A stretch of 64,000 nt of DNA from Planctomycetota bacterium (GCA_025055595.1 JANWWU010000083.1:200-64199); one strand, 5' to 3'. Shown: positions 27,637 to 37,631, numbered from the stretch's first letter. Notes: generated from the letters alone by a model not told the origin. Numbers and translations: made by a program.

Positions 27637-29325
27637 ATGACCGACGCGACCGCCCTCCCGCTTCCCGCCCCGCGCTACCGCGGCCTGATGGACTGGCTGA
27701 CGACCACCGACCACAAGAAGATCGGCCTGATGTACTTCTGGTTCGTCGTCATCATGGCGATCGTCGGCGGCGCGATGGCCGGCCTGATCCGCGTCCAGCT
27801 GGCGATGCCCGGCGCCACCGTCGAGGCCCTGCAGCAGGCGGCGCTGACCGGGACGACGGCCCTCAACCTGTTCTCCGACGACACGGGGCTGTTCGCCGAC
27901 TGGGGCGGACGGCACCTCTACAACCAGCTGGTGACGATGCACGCCAGCATCATGATCTTCTTCGTCCTGATCCCCGGCTTCGTCGGCTTCGCCAACTACA
28001 TCGTGCCGCTGATGATCGGCGCGCGCGACATGGCCTTCCCGAAGATGAACGCGCTCGGCTTCTGGCTGCTGATCCCGGCCGCCCTGCTGCAGCTGGCGAG
28101 CTTCTTCGTCGCCGGCGGCGCCGCCGCCTCCGGCTGGACCGCCTACCCGCCGCTGTCGCTCAAGGAGTTCAGCGCCGGTCCCGGCCAGGACATGTGGATC
28201 CTCGGTGTCCACCTCGTCGGCGTCTCCTCGATCCTCGCGGCGATCAACTTCATCGTCACGATCACCAGCCTGCGCGCCCCCGGGATGACCTGGGGCAAGC
28301 TGCCGCTCTTCGCCTGGGCGACCTACTTCGTCTCGATCATCCAGCTGGTCGCGACGCCGGTGCTCGCGGCGGCGGTGACGATGCTCCTGCTCGACCGCAA
28401 CTTCGGCACGACCTTCACCAAGGCGAGCCAGGGCGGGGACCCCGTCCTCTACCAGCACATCTTCTGGTTCTACAGCCACCCCGCGGTCTACATCATGATC
28501 CTGCCCGGCTTCGGCGCGATCAGCCACGTCATCGCCGCGTTCAGCGGCAAGCGCGTCTTCGGCTACACCGGGATGGTGCTGGCGATCGGCGTCATCAGCT
28601 TCATCGGCTTCATCGTCTGGGCGCACCACATGTTCACCGTCGGCATGCCGCTCTGGGCCCAGGCCTACTTCATGTACGGCTCGCTGGTCATCGCGGTGCC
28701 GACCGGCATCAAGGTCTTCAGCTGGCTGGCGACGATGTGGGGCGGCACCCTCCGCTTCACGACGGCGATGAAGTTCGCCTGCGGCTTCATCAGCATGTTC
28801 GTCTTCGGCGGCTTCGGCGGCCTGTTCCTCGCGCTGACGCCGATCGACATGACGCTGCACGACTCGTACTTCGTCGTCGGCCACTTCCACATGGCGATGG
28901 TCGGCGGCTCGGTGATGCTGCTCTTCGCGATGACCTACTACTGGTGGCCGAAGATGACCGGCCGCATGCTCTGCGAGCGGCAGGGGACCTGGATCTTCTG
29001 GCTGATGCTGATCGGCATCGTCCTCGCCTTCATGACGATGCATGTCACCGGCGCGCTGGGGATGGCGCGCCGCGTGCCGGTCTACTTCAAGGACTTCCTG
29101 ATCCTCAACCACATCTCGACGCTCGGCTATGTCCTGACCTTCATCGCCTCGCTGTGGTTCGTCGTCGACCTCGTCCGCAGCTACTGGCGGCCGCCGGTGA
29201 CCGAGAACGATCCCTGGCGAGTGAACGATGTGCAGCAGTCCTTCGAGTGGGCGACCAGCTGCCCGCCGCCGGCGCACAACTTCGACCGCATCCCGCCGAT
29301 CCCGATCCTCGATCCGAAGCGCTGA
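27637..29325 (+). CDS. coxA: Cytochrome c oxidase subunit I (heme-copper oxidase A-type)
   Basis: The 562-aa protein carries classic CoxI blocks (GLMYFWF, HAS IMIFF, WAHHMFTVGM, HFHMAMVG). Confidence 0.97.
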   Translation: MTDATALPLPAPRYRGLMDWLTTTDHKKIGLMYFWFVVIMAIVGGAMAGLIRVQLAMPGATVEALQQAALTGTTALNLFSDDTGLFADWGGRHLYNQLVTMHASIMIFFVLIPGFVGFANYIVPLMIGARDMAFPKMNALGFWLLIPAALLQLASFFVAGGAAASGWTAYPPLSLKEFSAGPGQDMWILGVHLVGVSSILAAINFIVTITSLRAPGMTWGKLPLFAWATYFVSIIQLVATPVLAAAVTMLLLDRNFGTTFTKASQGGDPVLYQHIFWFYSHPAVYIMILPGFGAISHVIAAFSGKRVFGYTGMVLAIGVISFIGFIVWAHHMFTVGMPLWAQAYFMYGSLVIAVPTGIKVFSWLATMWGGTLRFTTAMKFACGFISMFVFGGFGGLFLALTPIDMTLHDSYFVVGHFHMAMVGGSVMLLFAMTYYWWPKMTGRMLCERQGTWIFWLMLIGIVLAFMTMHVTGALGMARRVPVYFKDFLILNHISTLGYVLTFIASLWFVVDLVRSYWRPPVTENDPWRVNDVQQSFEWATSCPPPAHNFDRIPPIPILDPKR

Positions 29326-30407
29326 TGGAGAGCTCGCCGCGCACCCCGGAGGCCCCCGCTCCCGGCGCCGCCGCCCGGCTCGGCGCCTGGGCGACCGTCC
29401 TGCTGATCGGCATCCTCGCGCTGAACACCGCGGGCGGCTGGGTGCGGCTCTCGGGCTCCGGCGTCGCCATCCCGCACTGGCCGCTGATCGAGCTGGCCGA
29501 CGGCAAGCGCACGCTGCTGCCGCCGTTCTCCGCCCGCGACTGGCAGGCGGCGTACGAGGCGTGGCAGGCGCATCAGCAGCGCCTGGCGCAGCGGGTCGCC
29601 GCCGGCGAGCTGCCGGCGCTGGCGCGCGGTCGCCAGCCCGCCGACCTCGACGAGTTCCGCGCGATGTTCCTCATCGAGTGGTTCCACCGCCTGCTCGCCG
29701 CGCTGGTCGGTCTGCTCGCGCTCTCCTGCCTCGGCACCGCGCTCGCGCAGCGCGCGCTGCGCGCGCGCGTCGGCGGCTGGTTCGCGGCGGCGCTGATCCT
29801 GATCGGCGTGCAGGCCTGGCTCGGCGCCGCCCTGATCGCCGAGGGCACGGGCACGCGCTGGCTGTTCCTGCACCAGGGCAACGCCGCGCTGATCGCCGGC
29901 TGCGTGCTGCTCGCGATCCTGCGCCTCGTCGACCAGCGACACGAGCTGCGCGCGCTGCCGCTGTTCGCCGCGGCCCTCGCCTGGCTGCTGCTCGTCAGCG
30001 GCGGCCTGCTCGCCGGCAGCCGCCACCTCGCGCCGCCCGCCGGCCCGCTCGGCCTCGACGCCGGGCCGCTGTGGTGGCCGACGGCGACGCTGGCGGCCAA
30101 CCTGCTCGACAACGGCGCCCTCCATCACCTCGTGCACCGCCTGGCGGCGCTGCTGCTGATCGCCGCGATCCTCGCCGCCTGGTGGCAGGCCGCGCGCCAG
30201 CAGGCCGCCGAACGCGTGCGCCTGGCGCTGGCCGCCGCCGCCACCTTCGCCGTCGTCGAGGCGATGCTCGGGCTGGCGAGCGCCACCCTGCCGCGCGGCG
30301 CGATCATCGTCCCGCTGGCGCACCAGTTCCTCGGCCATGTCCTGTTCCTGACGCTGCTGATCGCGGCCTGCGCGCCGCGCCCCGCGGCCGCTGACGCCGG
30401 AGCCTGA
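29325..30407 (+). CDS. ctaA: Heme A synthase
   Basis: The ATG overlaps the coxA stop (TGATG). The 360-aa polytopic membrane protein has a CtaA/COX15-like pattern with conserved His residues in TM helices. Confidence 0.85.
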   Translation: MESSPRTPEAPAPGAAARLGAWATVLLIGILALNTAGGWVRLSGSGVAIPHWPLIELADGKRTLLPPFSARDWQAAYEAWQAHQQRLAQRVAAGELPALARGRQPADLDEFRAMFLIEWFHRLLAALVGLLALSCLGTALAQRALRARVGGWFAAALILIGVQAWLGAALIAEGTGTRWLFLHQGNAALIAGCVLLAILRLVDQRHELRALPLFAAALAWLLLVSGGLLAGSRHLAPPAGPLGLDAGPLWWPTATLAANLLDNGALHHLVHRLAALLLIAAILAAWWQAARQQAAERVRLALAAAATFAVVEAMLGLASATLPRGAIIVPLAHQFLGHVLFLTLLIAACAPRPAAADAGA

Positions 30408-30409
30408 GC

Positions 30410-31291
30410 ATGCTCGGCGCGCTGCGCGATCTGCTGCGCTTGGCGAAGTTCCGCATCACGCTGGTCGCGGTGTTCACCGGCTACACCGCGATCGCGGTGC
30501 ACGGCGCGCATGCGACCGATGTCGCCTTCCTCTGGCCGCTGTTCATCGCCCTGTTCGCCACTGGCGCCTCGGCCAACGCGCTGAACCAGATCTGCGACCG
30601 CCACCGCGATGCGCTGATGGCGCGCACCCGACAGCGGCGTCCCTTGCCGGCGGGCCGCATCGGCCTCGGCGCCGCGCTCGCCTTCGCGCTCGCGATGCTC
30701 GCGCTCGCGATCGCGATCCTGCTCGCCGTCTACCACAGCCCGCTCGCCGCCCTGTGCAGCGTGATCACCGTCGTCTACTACGCGGTGATCTACACCTGGT
30801 GGCTCAAGCCGCGGCACTGGATCGCGACCGTCGTCGGCGGCGTGCCGGGCGCGATGGGGCCGCTGATCGCCTGGGCCGCCGTCGACCACGCGCTGCCGGC
30901 CGCGGCCTGGGCGCTGTTCGCGCTGATCTTCCTGTGGACGCCGCCGCATGTCTGGGCGCTCGCGATCCGCCTGCGCGAGGACTACGCGCGCGCCGGGATC
31001 CCGATGCTGCCGGTGGTCCGCGGCATCGACGCGACGACGCGGCAGATGCTGATCTACGGCACGGCGCTGGTGCTCTTCACCATCGCGCTGCCGCTGCTGC
31101 CGGCCTACCGCCACAGCTGGATCTACCTCGCGCTGGCCTGCGTGCTCGGGGCAGTGTTCCTCGGCTGGTGCGTGTTCATCCATGTCCGCCGGCCGGTGCC
31201 GCCGACGATGCCGCTCTTCCGCTTCACGATCGCCCACCTCGCGCTGCTCTTCCTCGCGCTGATCGTCGACGCCTTCGTGTGGAGCAAGTGA
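30410..31291 (+). CDS. ctaB: Protoheme IX farnesyltransferase (heme O synthase)
   Basis: The 293-aa UbiA-family protein has CtaB motifs (NQICDRHRDALMARTRQRRPLP, FLWTPPHVWAL). Confidence 0.93.
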   Translation: MLGALRDLLRLAKFRITLVAVFTGYTAIAVHGAHATDVAFLWPLFIALFATGASANALNQICDRHRDALMARTRQRRPLPAGRIGLGAALAFALAMLALAIAILLAVYHSPLAALCSVITVVYYAVIYTWWLKPRHWIATVVGGVPGAMGPLIAWAAVDHALPAAAWALFALIFLWTPPHVWALAIRLREDYARAGIPMLPVVRGIDATTRQMLIYGTALVLFTIALPLLPAYRHSWIYLALACVLGAVFLGWCVFIHVRRPVPPTMPLFRFTIAHLALLFLALIVDAFVWSK

Positions 31292-31953
31292 TGGGCGCGC
31301 TCGCTTCCTCCCGCGCGCGCTTGACGCTGCTGCTGGCCGGGATCCCGCTGGCGATGGCCGCGCTCGCGTTCTTCGCGATGCCGCCGCTCTATTCGCTGTG
31401 GTGCCGGCTGACCGGCACCGGTTTGCGGCCGAACAATCCCGAGGCCGCGCAGCTCGCGCAGCCGACCGGCCGCTTCCTCGAGGTCTTCTTCGAGTCGCGG
31501 GTCTTCGACGACCTGCCGGTCGAGTTCTCGTGCAGCGTCCCGTCGCTCGAGGTCGAAGTCGGGCGCGAGGCCCTCGTCGCTTACCGGCTGCGCAACGCGA
31601 GCGATCGCGTCCTGCACATCCGCCCGATCCACCAGGTGAGCCCGGTCGCCGCCGCCGCGCACTTCGGCATGCGGCTGTGCTTCTGCTTCAACGACCAGAC
31701 GCTGCAGCCCGGCGAGGTCCAGGAGTTCCCGGTCGCCTTCACCTTCGCGCCGAGCCTCGACCCGCGGATCGCCACGGTCTCGATCTGCTACAGCCTGTTC
31801 GCGATCTCGCCCGACGCCCCGCGCAGCGAGGCGCAGCTGCGCATCCAGCGCGCGATCGAGGGCCAGGGCGGCGTGGTGTCGCCGAACTTCCGCCGCCTGA
31901 GCGAGGCCGAGCTCGAGCGGCTGCGCGCCGAGGAACGACGGGGGGAGCGATGA
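31291..31953 (+). CDS. ctaG: Cytochrome c oxidase assembly protein CtaG/Cox11 (CuB insertion)
   Basis: The ATG overlaps the ctaB stop. It has an N-terminal TM, then a Cox11-like soluble domain with CFCF and a conserved HIRPIHQVSP region. Confidence 0.85.
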   Translation: MGALASSRARLTLLLAGIPLAMAALAFFAMPPLYSLWCRLTGTGLRPNNPEAAQLAQPTGRFLEVFFESRVFDDLPVEFSCSVPSLEVEVGREALVAYRLRNASDRVLHIRPIHQVSPVAAAAHFGMRLCFCFNDQTLQPGEVQEFPVAFTFAPSLDPRIATVSICYSLFAISPDAPRSEAQLRIQRAIEGQGGVVSPNFRRLSEAELERLRAEERRGER

Positions 31954-32102
31954 ATCCCGATCGCCTGGGCCTGGCGCTCGGCGCCGGGGTCCTCATCTTC
32001 ATCGTCGTGCTGATCATCGCCTTCAGCCGTTGCGGGCTGCCCAAGGACCCCAAGGAGTGGCGGCGCCAGGAACAGCAGCGCTCGTCGGGAGTGTCGCCAT
32101 GA
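31950..32102 (+). CDS. Small single-TM protein (50 aa), possible oxidase subunit IV-like accessory subunit
   Basis: Its ATG overlaps the ctaG stop and its stop overlaps the coxC start. The sequence is MNPDRLGLALGAGVLIFIVVLIIAFSRCGLPKDPKEWRRQEQQRSSGVSP. The function is inferred only from position. Confidence 0.4.
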   Translation: MNPDRLGLALGAGVLIFIVVLIIAFSRCGLPKDPKEWRRQEQQRSSGVSP

Positions 32103-32971
32103 GTGCCTCCAGCATCTCCCCCCCCGATCGCGGAGCCGAGGAGCACGGCGCCGGCCACGACCACATCCACTTGCCGCCGCCGAGCATCTGGCCCCTCGTC
32201 ACCGCCCTCGGCCTGACGATCGCGCCCTTCGGCGTCGTCTCGCTGCTCGGCGGGCTCAGCGGCTGGCCGCTGCTCGGCCACCCGAGCGTCGGCCTGCTCG
32301 CCACCCTGCTCGGACTGGCGGTCTTCCTCGTCGGCCTGATGGCCTGGGCGCACCAGAACATCGTCGAGAAGCCGCTGGCCCACGACCCCATCCAGCAGCA
32401 GAAGGACCTGCAGCTGTTCGTCCTGCTCTTCCTCGTCGGCGAGCTCGCCGCCTTCGGCGCGATCTTCGGCTACCTGTTCTACATGAATGCGGTCGATCCC
32501 AGCTTCGGGCCGCCGCGCGATCCGGACTTCCCCTACGGCGGGCCGCTGGCCGCGATCGCCACCTTCCTGCTGCTGTCGAGCTCGGTGACCGGCGAGTTCG
32601 CGCACCACGCGGTGACCCATGGCCGCTTCGCCTTCGCCCGCCTGATGCTCGTCCTGACGCTGATCCTCGGCGCGGTCTTCCTCGCCTGCCAGGGCTTCGA
32701 GTGGGGCGAGTTCATCCAGCGCGGCTTCACGCCGCTGGCGATCCCCGAGGGCGGGATGTCGAGCTTCGCCGCCGCCTTCTACACCGGCACCGGCTTCCAT
32801 GGCCTGCATGTCGCGATCGGCCTGGTGCTGCTGTTCCTCGCCTGGATGCGGATGGAGGCCGGAGCCTACCGCGACGGCCGCACCTTCTCGATGACCGCGG
32901 CGAGCTGGTACTGGCACTTCGTCGACATCGTCTGGGTGCTGCTGTTCATCACGCTGTACGTCTTCTCGTGA
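32099..32971 (+). CDS. coxC: Cytochrome c oxidase subunit III with N-terminal His-rich extension
   Basis: Its ATG overlaps the stop of the small ORF. The C-terminal block WYWHFVDIVWVLLFITLYVFS is typical of CoxIII. The N-terminus contains HGAGHDHIH. Confidence 0.9.
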   Translation: MSASSISPPDRGAEEHGAGHDHIHLPPPSIWPLVTALGLTIAPFGVVSLLGGLSGWPLLGHPSVGLLATLLGLAVFLVGLMAWAHQNIVEKPLAHDPIQQQKDLQLFVLLFLVGELAAFGAIFGYLFYMNAVDPSFGPPRDPDFPYGGPLAAIATFLLLSSSVTGEFAHHAVTHGRFAFARLMLVLTLILGAVFLACQGFEWGEFIQRGFTPLAIPEGGMSSFAAAFYTGTGFHGLHVAIGLVLLFLAWMRMEAGAYRDGRTFSMTAASWYWHFVDIVWVLLFITLYVFS

Positions 32972-32980
32972 GACGCGCGC

Positions 32981-34252
32981 ATGCCCCCTGAGCGCGGGCG
33001 GCTGACCGCGGTCTTCCTCGTCCTCTTCGTCGATCTCGTCGGCTTCAGCATCGTCTTCCCGCTGTTCCCGGCGATGCTGGCGTGGTACAGCGAGCGCTCG
33101 GGCGACGTCCTGCACCGGTGGATGGCGCCGCTGGCCGCCCTGTTCCCGGACAGCGATCCCTGGCAGCGCGCGGCGCTGTTCGGCGGCCTGCTCGGCGCGC
33201 TCTACGCCGGGCTGCAGTTTCTCGCCGCCCCGCTGTGGGGTCGCTGGAGCGATCGCCGCGGCCGTCGGCCGGTCCTGCTGTGGTCGCTCGCCGGCTCCCT
33301 GCTCGCCAACGCGCTCTGGGTCTTCGCCAGCGACTTCCTGCTGCTGGCGCTGTCGCGGATCATCGCCGGCGCGATGACCGGCAATGTCGCCGTCGCCCAG
33401 GCCGCGGTCAGCGACCTCACCGACAGCGCGGGCCGCAGCCGCGGCATGGCGATCGTCGGCATGGCCTTCGGCCTCGGCTTCATCATCGGCCCGGCGCTCG
33501 GCGGCTGGCTCGGCGGCTGGCGGCTCGACCACCTGCCGCTGCCCGGCCTGCACCCCTTCTCGGTGCCGGCGCTCGCGGCCTGCGCGCTCTCCGCCATCAA
33601 TCTGCTGTGGGTCGCGCTGGCCTTCCGCGAGACGCTCGACCCCGCGCAGCGCGCCCGCGCCGCCGCCCGCCCCGGCCGCGGCTGGCTGCCCTGGCGGCAG
33701 GGGCTGCCGCGGCGCGTGCACGCGCTCAACGGCATCTCCTTCGTGCACACCTTCTGGTTCAGCGGCCTCGAGATGACGCTCGGCTTCCTCGCCATGCAGT
33801 ACCTCGGCCTCGGCCCCGCGGCGCTCGGCCTGGCGTTCGCCGGCATGGGCCTGGGGTCGGCCGCGGTGCAGGGCGCGCTGGTCCGGCCGTGGGGCGCACG
33901 GCTCGGGATGAGCCGGCTCGCGATCGCCGGCTGCCTCGCCCACATCGCCGGCTTCCTCTCCCTGCTCGCACTCGTCGTCTGGCCGAGCGCGCCCGCGTTC
34001 GCGCTCGCCCTCGCCCTGCATGCGATCGGCTGCGGCCTGCTGTTCCCGAGCCTGGCGACGCTGGTCAGCCTCGAAGCCGCCAGCGATCAGCAGGGCCTGG
34101 CGCTCGGCGGCTTCCGCTCCGCCGCCGCGCTCGGCCGGACCCTCGGGCCCCTGCTGGTCGCCGCGCTCTACTTCGCGAGCCCCGCGCTGGCGTACGCGCT
34201 GGCCGCCGGCGGCATGCTCGCGCTCGCGCTGTGGATCTCCAGCCTGCGCTAG
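32981..34252 (+). CDS. MFS transporter
   Basis: The 423-aa protein has a 12-TM pattern and the MFS motif GRWSDRRGRRPVLL between TM2 and TM3. Confidence 0.85.
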   Translation: MPPERGRLTAVFLVLFVDLVGFSIVFPLFPAMLAWYSERSGDVLHRWMAPLAALFPDSDPWQRAALFGGLLGALYAGLQFLAAPLWGRWSDRRGRRPVLLWSLAGSLLANALWVFASDFLLLALSRIIAGAMTGNVAVAQAAVSDLTDSAGRSRGMAIVGMAFGLGFIIGPALGGWLGGWRLDHLPLPGLHPFSVPALAACALSAINLLWVALAFRETLDPAQRARAAARPGRGWLPWRQGLPRRVHALNGISFVHTFWFSGLEMTLGFLAMQYLGLGPAALGLAFAGMGLGSAAVQGALVRPWGARLGMSRLAIAGCLAHIAGFLSLLALVVWPSAPAFALALALHAIGCGLLFPSLATLVSLEAASDQQGLALGGFRSAAALGRTLGPLLVAALYFASPALAYALAAGGMLALALWISSLR

Positions 34253-34302
34253 CGGCGGCGGCATGGCATGCGGCGGCGCCGCGCTAACATGGCGCCATCG
34301 CC

Positions 34303-36759
34303 ATGCATCGCCATGCGCAGCTGGCGCTCGCCGTCATCCTCGCCCTCGCCGGCTTCACCGTCCTCGTCGCCCTCGCCAGCTACCACGCCGGACAGATCGG
34401 CGGCAGCCTGCCCGCGGAGACGCATCCCTTCGGGCCGGCCGGGGCCTGGCTCGCGCACATCCTGATCCGCGGCTACGGCCTCGCCGCCTTCCTGCTGCCG
34501 CTCGTCATCATCGGCTGGGCCGCGGCGCTGTGGCGTGAGCGCGATGTCAGCAATCCCTCGCGACGGATCGCCGGCGCCATCCTCCTGCTGCCGGCCGTCG
34601 CCGGGCTGCTGCATCTGCTGCCGCGCGGCCTCGGCGACTGGCTGCTCGTCCGCTGGGATCAAGTGCCGCTCGACGGGTTGGGCGGAGCCGTCGGCTTCTG
34701 GCTCTGCGCGCGGCCCGATCACTGGGCGACGCACGGCGACGGCGGCATCCTGCGCGCCTGGCTCGACGCTGGCGGCGCCGCCTTCGCCCTCGCCGTCGTC
34801 GCCTTGCTCGCGCTGTGGCTGATGGATCTCGGCATCCTCGCGCGTCTGCGGCGCCTCTGGGGCTGGCTGCGGCATCGGCCGCCGAGCGCGGCAGCGGAGA
34901 GTGCACCGAGCGGGCTCTTCGTCAGCCCCGACCCCGAGGTCAGCGCCAGCCGCCGCGCCCGGGCCACCACCAGCTTCCGCGAGCTGCAGGCCCGGCTCAG
35001 CCGCAAGGAGACCCTGCCGGGCCCGGAGGACGCGGCGGCGATCCTCGCCGAGATCCGCCGCCAGCGCGAGGAGCTCGAGCGTGCACTCGCGGCGCAGGCG
35101 GCGGCGAGCGCTCCTGCAGCCGCTGCGCCGGCGCCTCCGGCCCCGGCCCCGGCGGCGCCCCCGGCGGTGCCAGCGCCCGCCCCGCCCGCGCCGGCGGCGG
35201 CCGCCGGCGCCAGCGGCTACGCGCTGCCGCCGCTCTCCCTGCTGCACGCGGCGGCGAACCCCGCCCAGGCCAACGCCGAGGCGGAGAAGCAGCAGACGGC
35301 GCGCGCGATCGAGGCCGCCTTCCGCGCCTTCGCGGTGGAAGTCAGCGTCGTCGGCGCGCAGCGCGGACCGACCGTCACCCAGTACGAACTCAAGCTGCTC
35401 GACGAGGCGATGCGCGTCAACAAGGTCGAGGGCTTCGAGCAGGACCTCGCGCTCAAGCTCGGCTGCGAGGGCATCCGCATCGTCGCGCCGCTGCCGAACA
35501 AGACGACGATCGGCGTCGAGGTTCCCAACCGCGTGCGCGAGCCGGTGACGATGCGCGAGCTCGTCGGCGAGGTCGATCCCCAGGCCCTGGCGATCCCGCT
35601 GATCATCGGCCGCGATGCCGTCGGCCGGCCGCTGATCCTCGATCTGACGCGCGCTCCGCACCTCCTCGTCGCCGGCGCCACCGGCATGGGCAAGTCGGTG
35701 TGCATGAACGCGATGATCTGCTCGGTGCTGCTCTTCCGCCGCCCCGACGAGGTCCGCTTCATCATGGTCGATCCGAAGATGGTCGAGCTTTCCGGCTACG
35801 AGGACATCCCGCACCTGCTGACGCCGCCGATCACCGACATGAGCAAGGCGCACGCCGCTCTCGAGTGGGCCTGCCAGGAGATGGATCAGCGCTACGAGGC
35901 CCTGCGGCTCTCCGGCTGCCGCTCGATCGCCGACTTCAACGCGCTCGGCGAGGCCGAGCTCGACGCCCGTCTGGCGCGCAAGAACGCGCGCCGCGAGGAC
36001 CTCGGCTGCGGGACGCGCATGCCCTACATCGTCATCCTCGTCGACGAGTACGCCGACCTGATGATGGTGAACAAGGAAGTGGAGAAATCGATCGTCCGCC
36101 TGGCGGCGAAGAGCCGGGCCTGCGGCATCCACATCATCCTGACCACCCAGCGCCCGAGCGCCGATGTCGTCACCGGCCTGATCAAGTCCAACCTGCCGAC
36201 CCGCATCTGCTTCCGCGTCGTCGACCGCAGCAACTCGCGCGTCGTCCTCGATGTCAGCGGGGCCGAGAACCTGCTCGGGCGCGGCGACTTCCTGCTGCTG
36301 CAGCCGGGCTCGAGCGCGCCGGTGCGCGGCCAGGGCGTGTACCTCGCCGACGCCGAGATCGAGGCGATCGTCCAGCACGCCCGCGCCCAGGGCGCGCCGC
36401 AGTACGACGAGTCCATCGCCCGCGCCGGGGCCGCCGCCCTCGCCGCCGGCGGCGCGGCGGGCGGCGAGCGCCGCAGCGCGGCGTGGAAGACCGACCGCAA
36501 GCTGCACGAGGCGGTGTGGGCGATGTACAAGTATGACAAGACCGGCGCCGACTTCTTCCGCCGCAAGCTCGGCGTCGGCTACAACAAGGCGACCGAGTTC
36601 GTCGAGACGCTCGAGGAACTCGGCTTCCTCTCGCCGGCCAACGGCACGGCCCCGCGCAAGATCCTCAAGACCTGGGACGAGTGGATCGACCTGCTGCGCG
36701 CCAACGGCGTCGAGCTGTCGGAGGACGTCGAGTACTACCGCTCGCCGTTCGCCGACTAG
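34303..36759 (+). CDS. ftsK: DNA translocase FtsK
   Basis: The 818-aa protein has N-terminal TMs, a Pro/Ala-rich linker, an ATPase domain (GATGMGKS Walker A; IVILVDEYADL Walker B), and a gamma winged-helix domain (VGYNKATEFVETLEELGFLSP). Confidence 0.95.
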   Translation: MHRHAQLALAVILALAGFTVLVALASYHAGQIGGSLPAETHPFGPAGAWLAHILIRGYGLAAFLLPLVIIGWAAALWRERDVSNPSRRIAGAILLLPAVAGLLHLLPRGLGDWLLVRWDQVPLDGLGGAVGFWLCARPDHWATHGDGGILRAWLDAGGAAFALAVVALLALWLMDLGILARLRRLWGWLRHRPPSAAAESAPSGLFVSPDPEVSASRRARATTSFRELQARLSRKETLPGPEDAAAILAEIRRQREELERALAAQAAASAPAAAAPAPPAPAPAAPPAVPAPAPPAPAAAAGASGYALPPLSLLHAAANPAQANAEAEKQQTARAIEAAFRAFAVEVSVVGAQRGPTVTQYELKLLDEAMRVNKVEGFEQDLALKLGCEGIRIVAPLPNKTTIGVEVPNRVREPVTMRELVGEVDPQALAIPLIIGRDAVGRPLILDLTRAPHLLVAGATGMGKSVCMNAMICSVLLFRRPDEVRFIMVDPKMVELSGYEDIPHLLTPPITDMSKAHAALEWACQEMDQRYEALRLSGCRSIADFNALGEAELDARLARKNARREDLGCGTRMPYIVILVDEYADLMMVNKEVEKSIVRLAAKSRACGIHIILTTQRPSADVVTGLIKSNLPTRICFRVVDRSNSRVVLDVSGAENLLGRGDFLLLQPGSSAPVRGQGVYLADAEIEAIVQHARAQGAPQYDESIARAGAAALAAGGAAGGERRSAAWKTDRKLHEAVWAMYKYDKTGADFFRRKLGVGYNKATEFVETLEELGFLSPANGTAPRKILKTWDEWIDLLRANGVELSEDVEYYRSPFAD

Positions 36760-37631
36760 CGACCGACGAGGCGGCCGATCGTCTCCCAGCACCACTGCTG
36801 GGTCAGCAGCAGGGACCGCGCGACCGGCACGAGGAAGACCGGGCTGAGCGCCGCCCGGCCCGCGCGATGGTCGGCGGGGATGCCGTCGGCCGGCAGCCCG
36901 TAGCGCTCGGCGAGCGCCAGGGCCCGCGGCAGGTGCCAGGCCGAGCTGACCAGCGCGACCCGCCGCCAGCCCTGGGCGCGCGCGATCTCGGCGACGCGCG
37001 CGATCTCTTGCCGCGTGTTCTGCGGGCCGGGCACCGCCACGACCTGCGCGGGATCGGCGCCCCAGCCGATGAGGATCGCTGCCGCCTCGGCGCCGAGCGA
37101 GCGCTCGCCCTCGTAGAGATCGGTGCCGGTGGCGAGGATCAGCGGCGCTCGGCCGGCGCGCAGCAGGGCATGGGCGACGCGCAGGCGATCGCCGCTGAAG
37201 CCGAGCTCGGGCTGGCCATCGGGTCCGAGGTCGGTGCCGCCGCCGAGCAGGACGACGGCGTCCCAGCGCTCGGCGGCCGGCGGCGGCACCGAACGCTCGA
37301 GGCGGCCGATCAGCCAGGAGGAGAGCCAGTCGTTGCCGCCGAGCGTCAGCAGCAGCCAGGCGAGCAGGGCGGCGCCAGCGCTCGCCCAGCGCCGGGCGCG
37401 CAGCGCGTCGAGGGCGACGGCGAAGACCAGCAGCCAGGCGACGCCGAGCGGGGTGGCCAGGCGCGAGGCCATCTTCTGCGCCTCGAGGTCGACCAGCAGC
37501 AGGCCGATGCTCGCCAGGCCGCCGAGGACCGTCGCCCAGGCCAGCGGCTTCCAGTCCGGGCGCCCCTCCTGCCAGCGCCGCAGCGCGACGATCGCGAACC
37601 ACAGCGTGATCAGCACGGCGAGCAGCGCCAT
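36756..37631 (-). CDS. DUF218 (YdcF/ElyC/SanA-like) envelope protein
   Basis: The 291-aa protein has N-terminal TMs followed by a DUF218-like core (AVVLLGGGTD...). It is convergent with ftsK, and the two genes share a CTAG stop. Confidence 0.75.
   Translation of the reverse strand: MALLAVLITLWFAIVALRRWQEGRPDWKPLAWATVLGGLASIGLLLVDLEAQKMASRLATPLGVAWLLVFAVALDALRARRWASAGAALLAWLLLTLGGNDWLSSWLIGRLERSVPPPAAERWDAVVLLGGGTDLGPDGQPELGFSGDRLRVAHALLRAGRAPLILATGTDLYEGERSLGAEAAAILIGWGADPAQVVAVPGPQNTRQEIARVAEIARAQGWRRVALVSSAWHLPRALALAERYGLPADGIPADHRAGRAALSPVFLVPVARSLLLTQQWCWETIGRLVGR

Noticed and set aside
36756-36759. Palindromic shared stop sequences between convergent genes (CTAG at 36756-36759 and 61962-61965; TGATCA at 51273-51278)
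   Set aside because: These are a simple consequence of convergent genes ending on TAG/TGA with abutting stops. There is no extended symmetry that would suggest a regulatory element.
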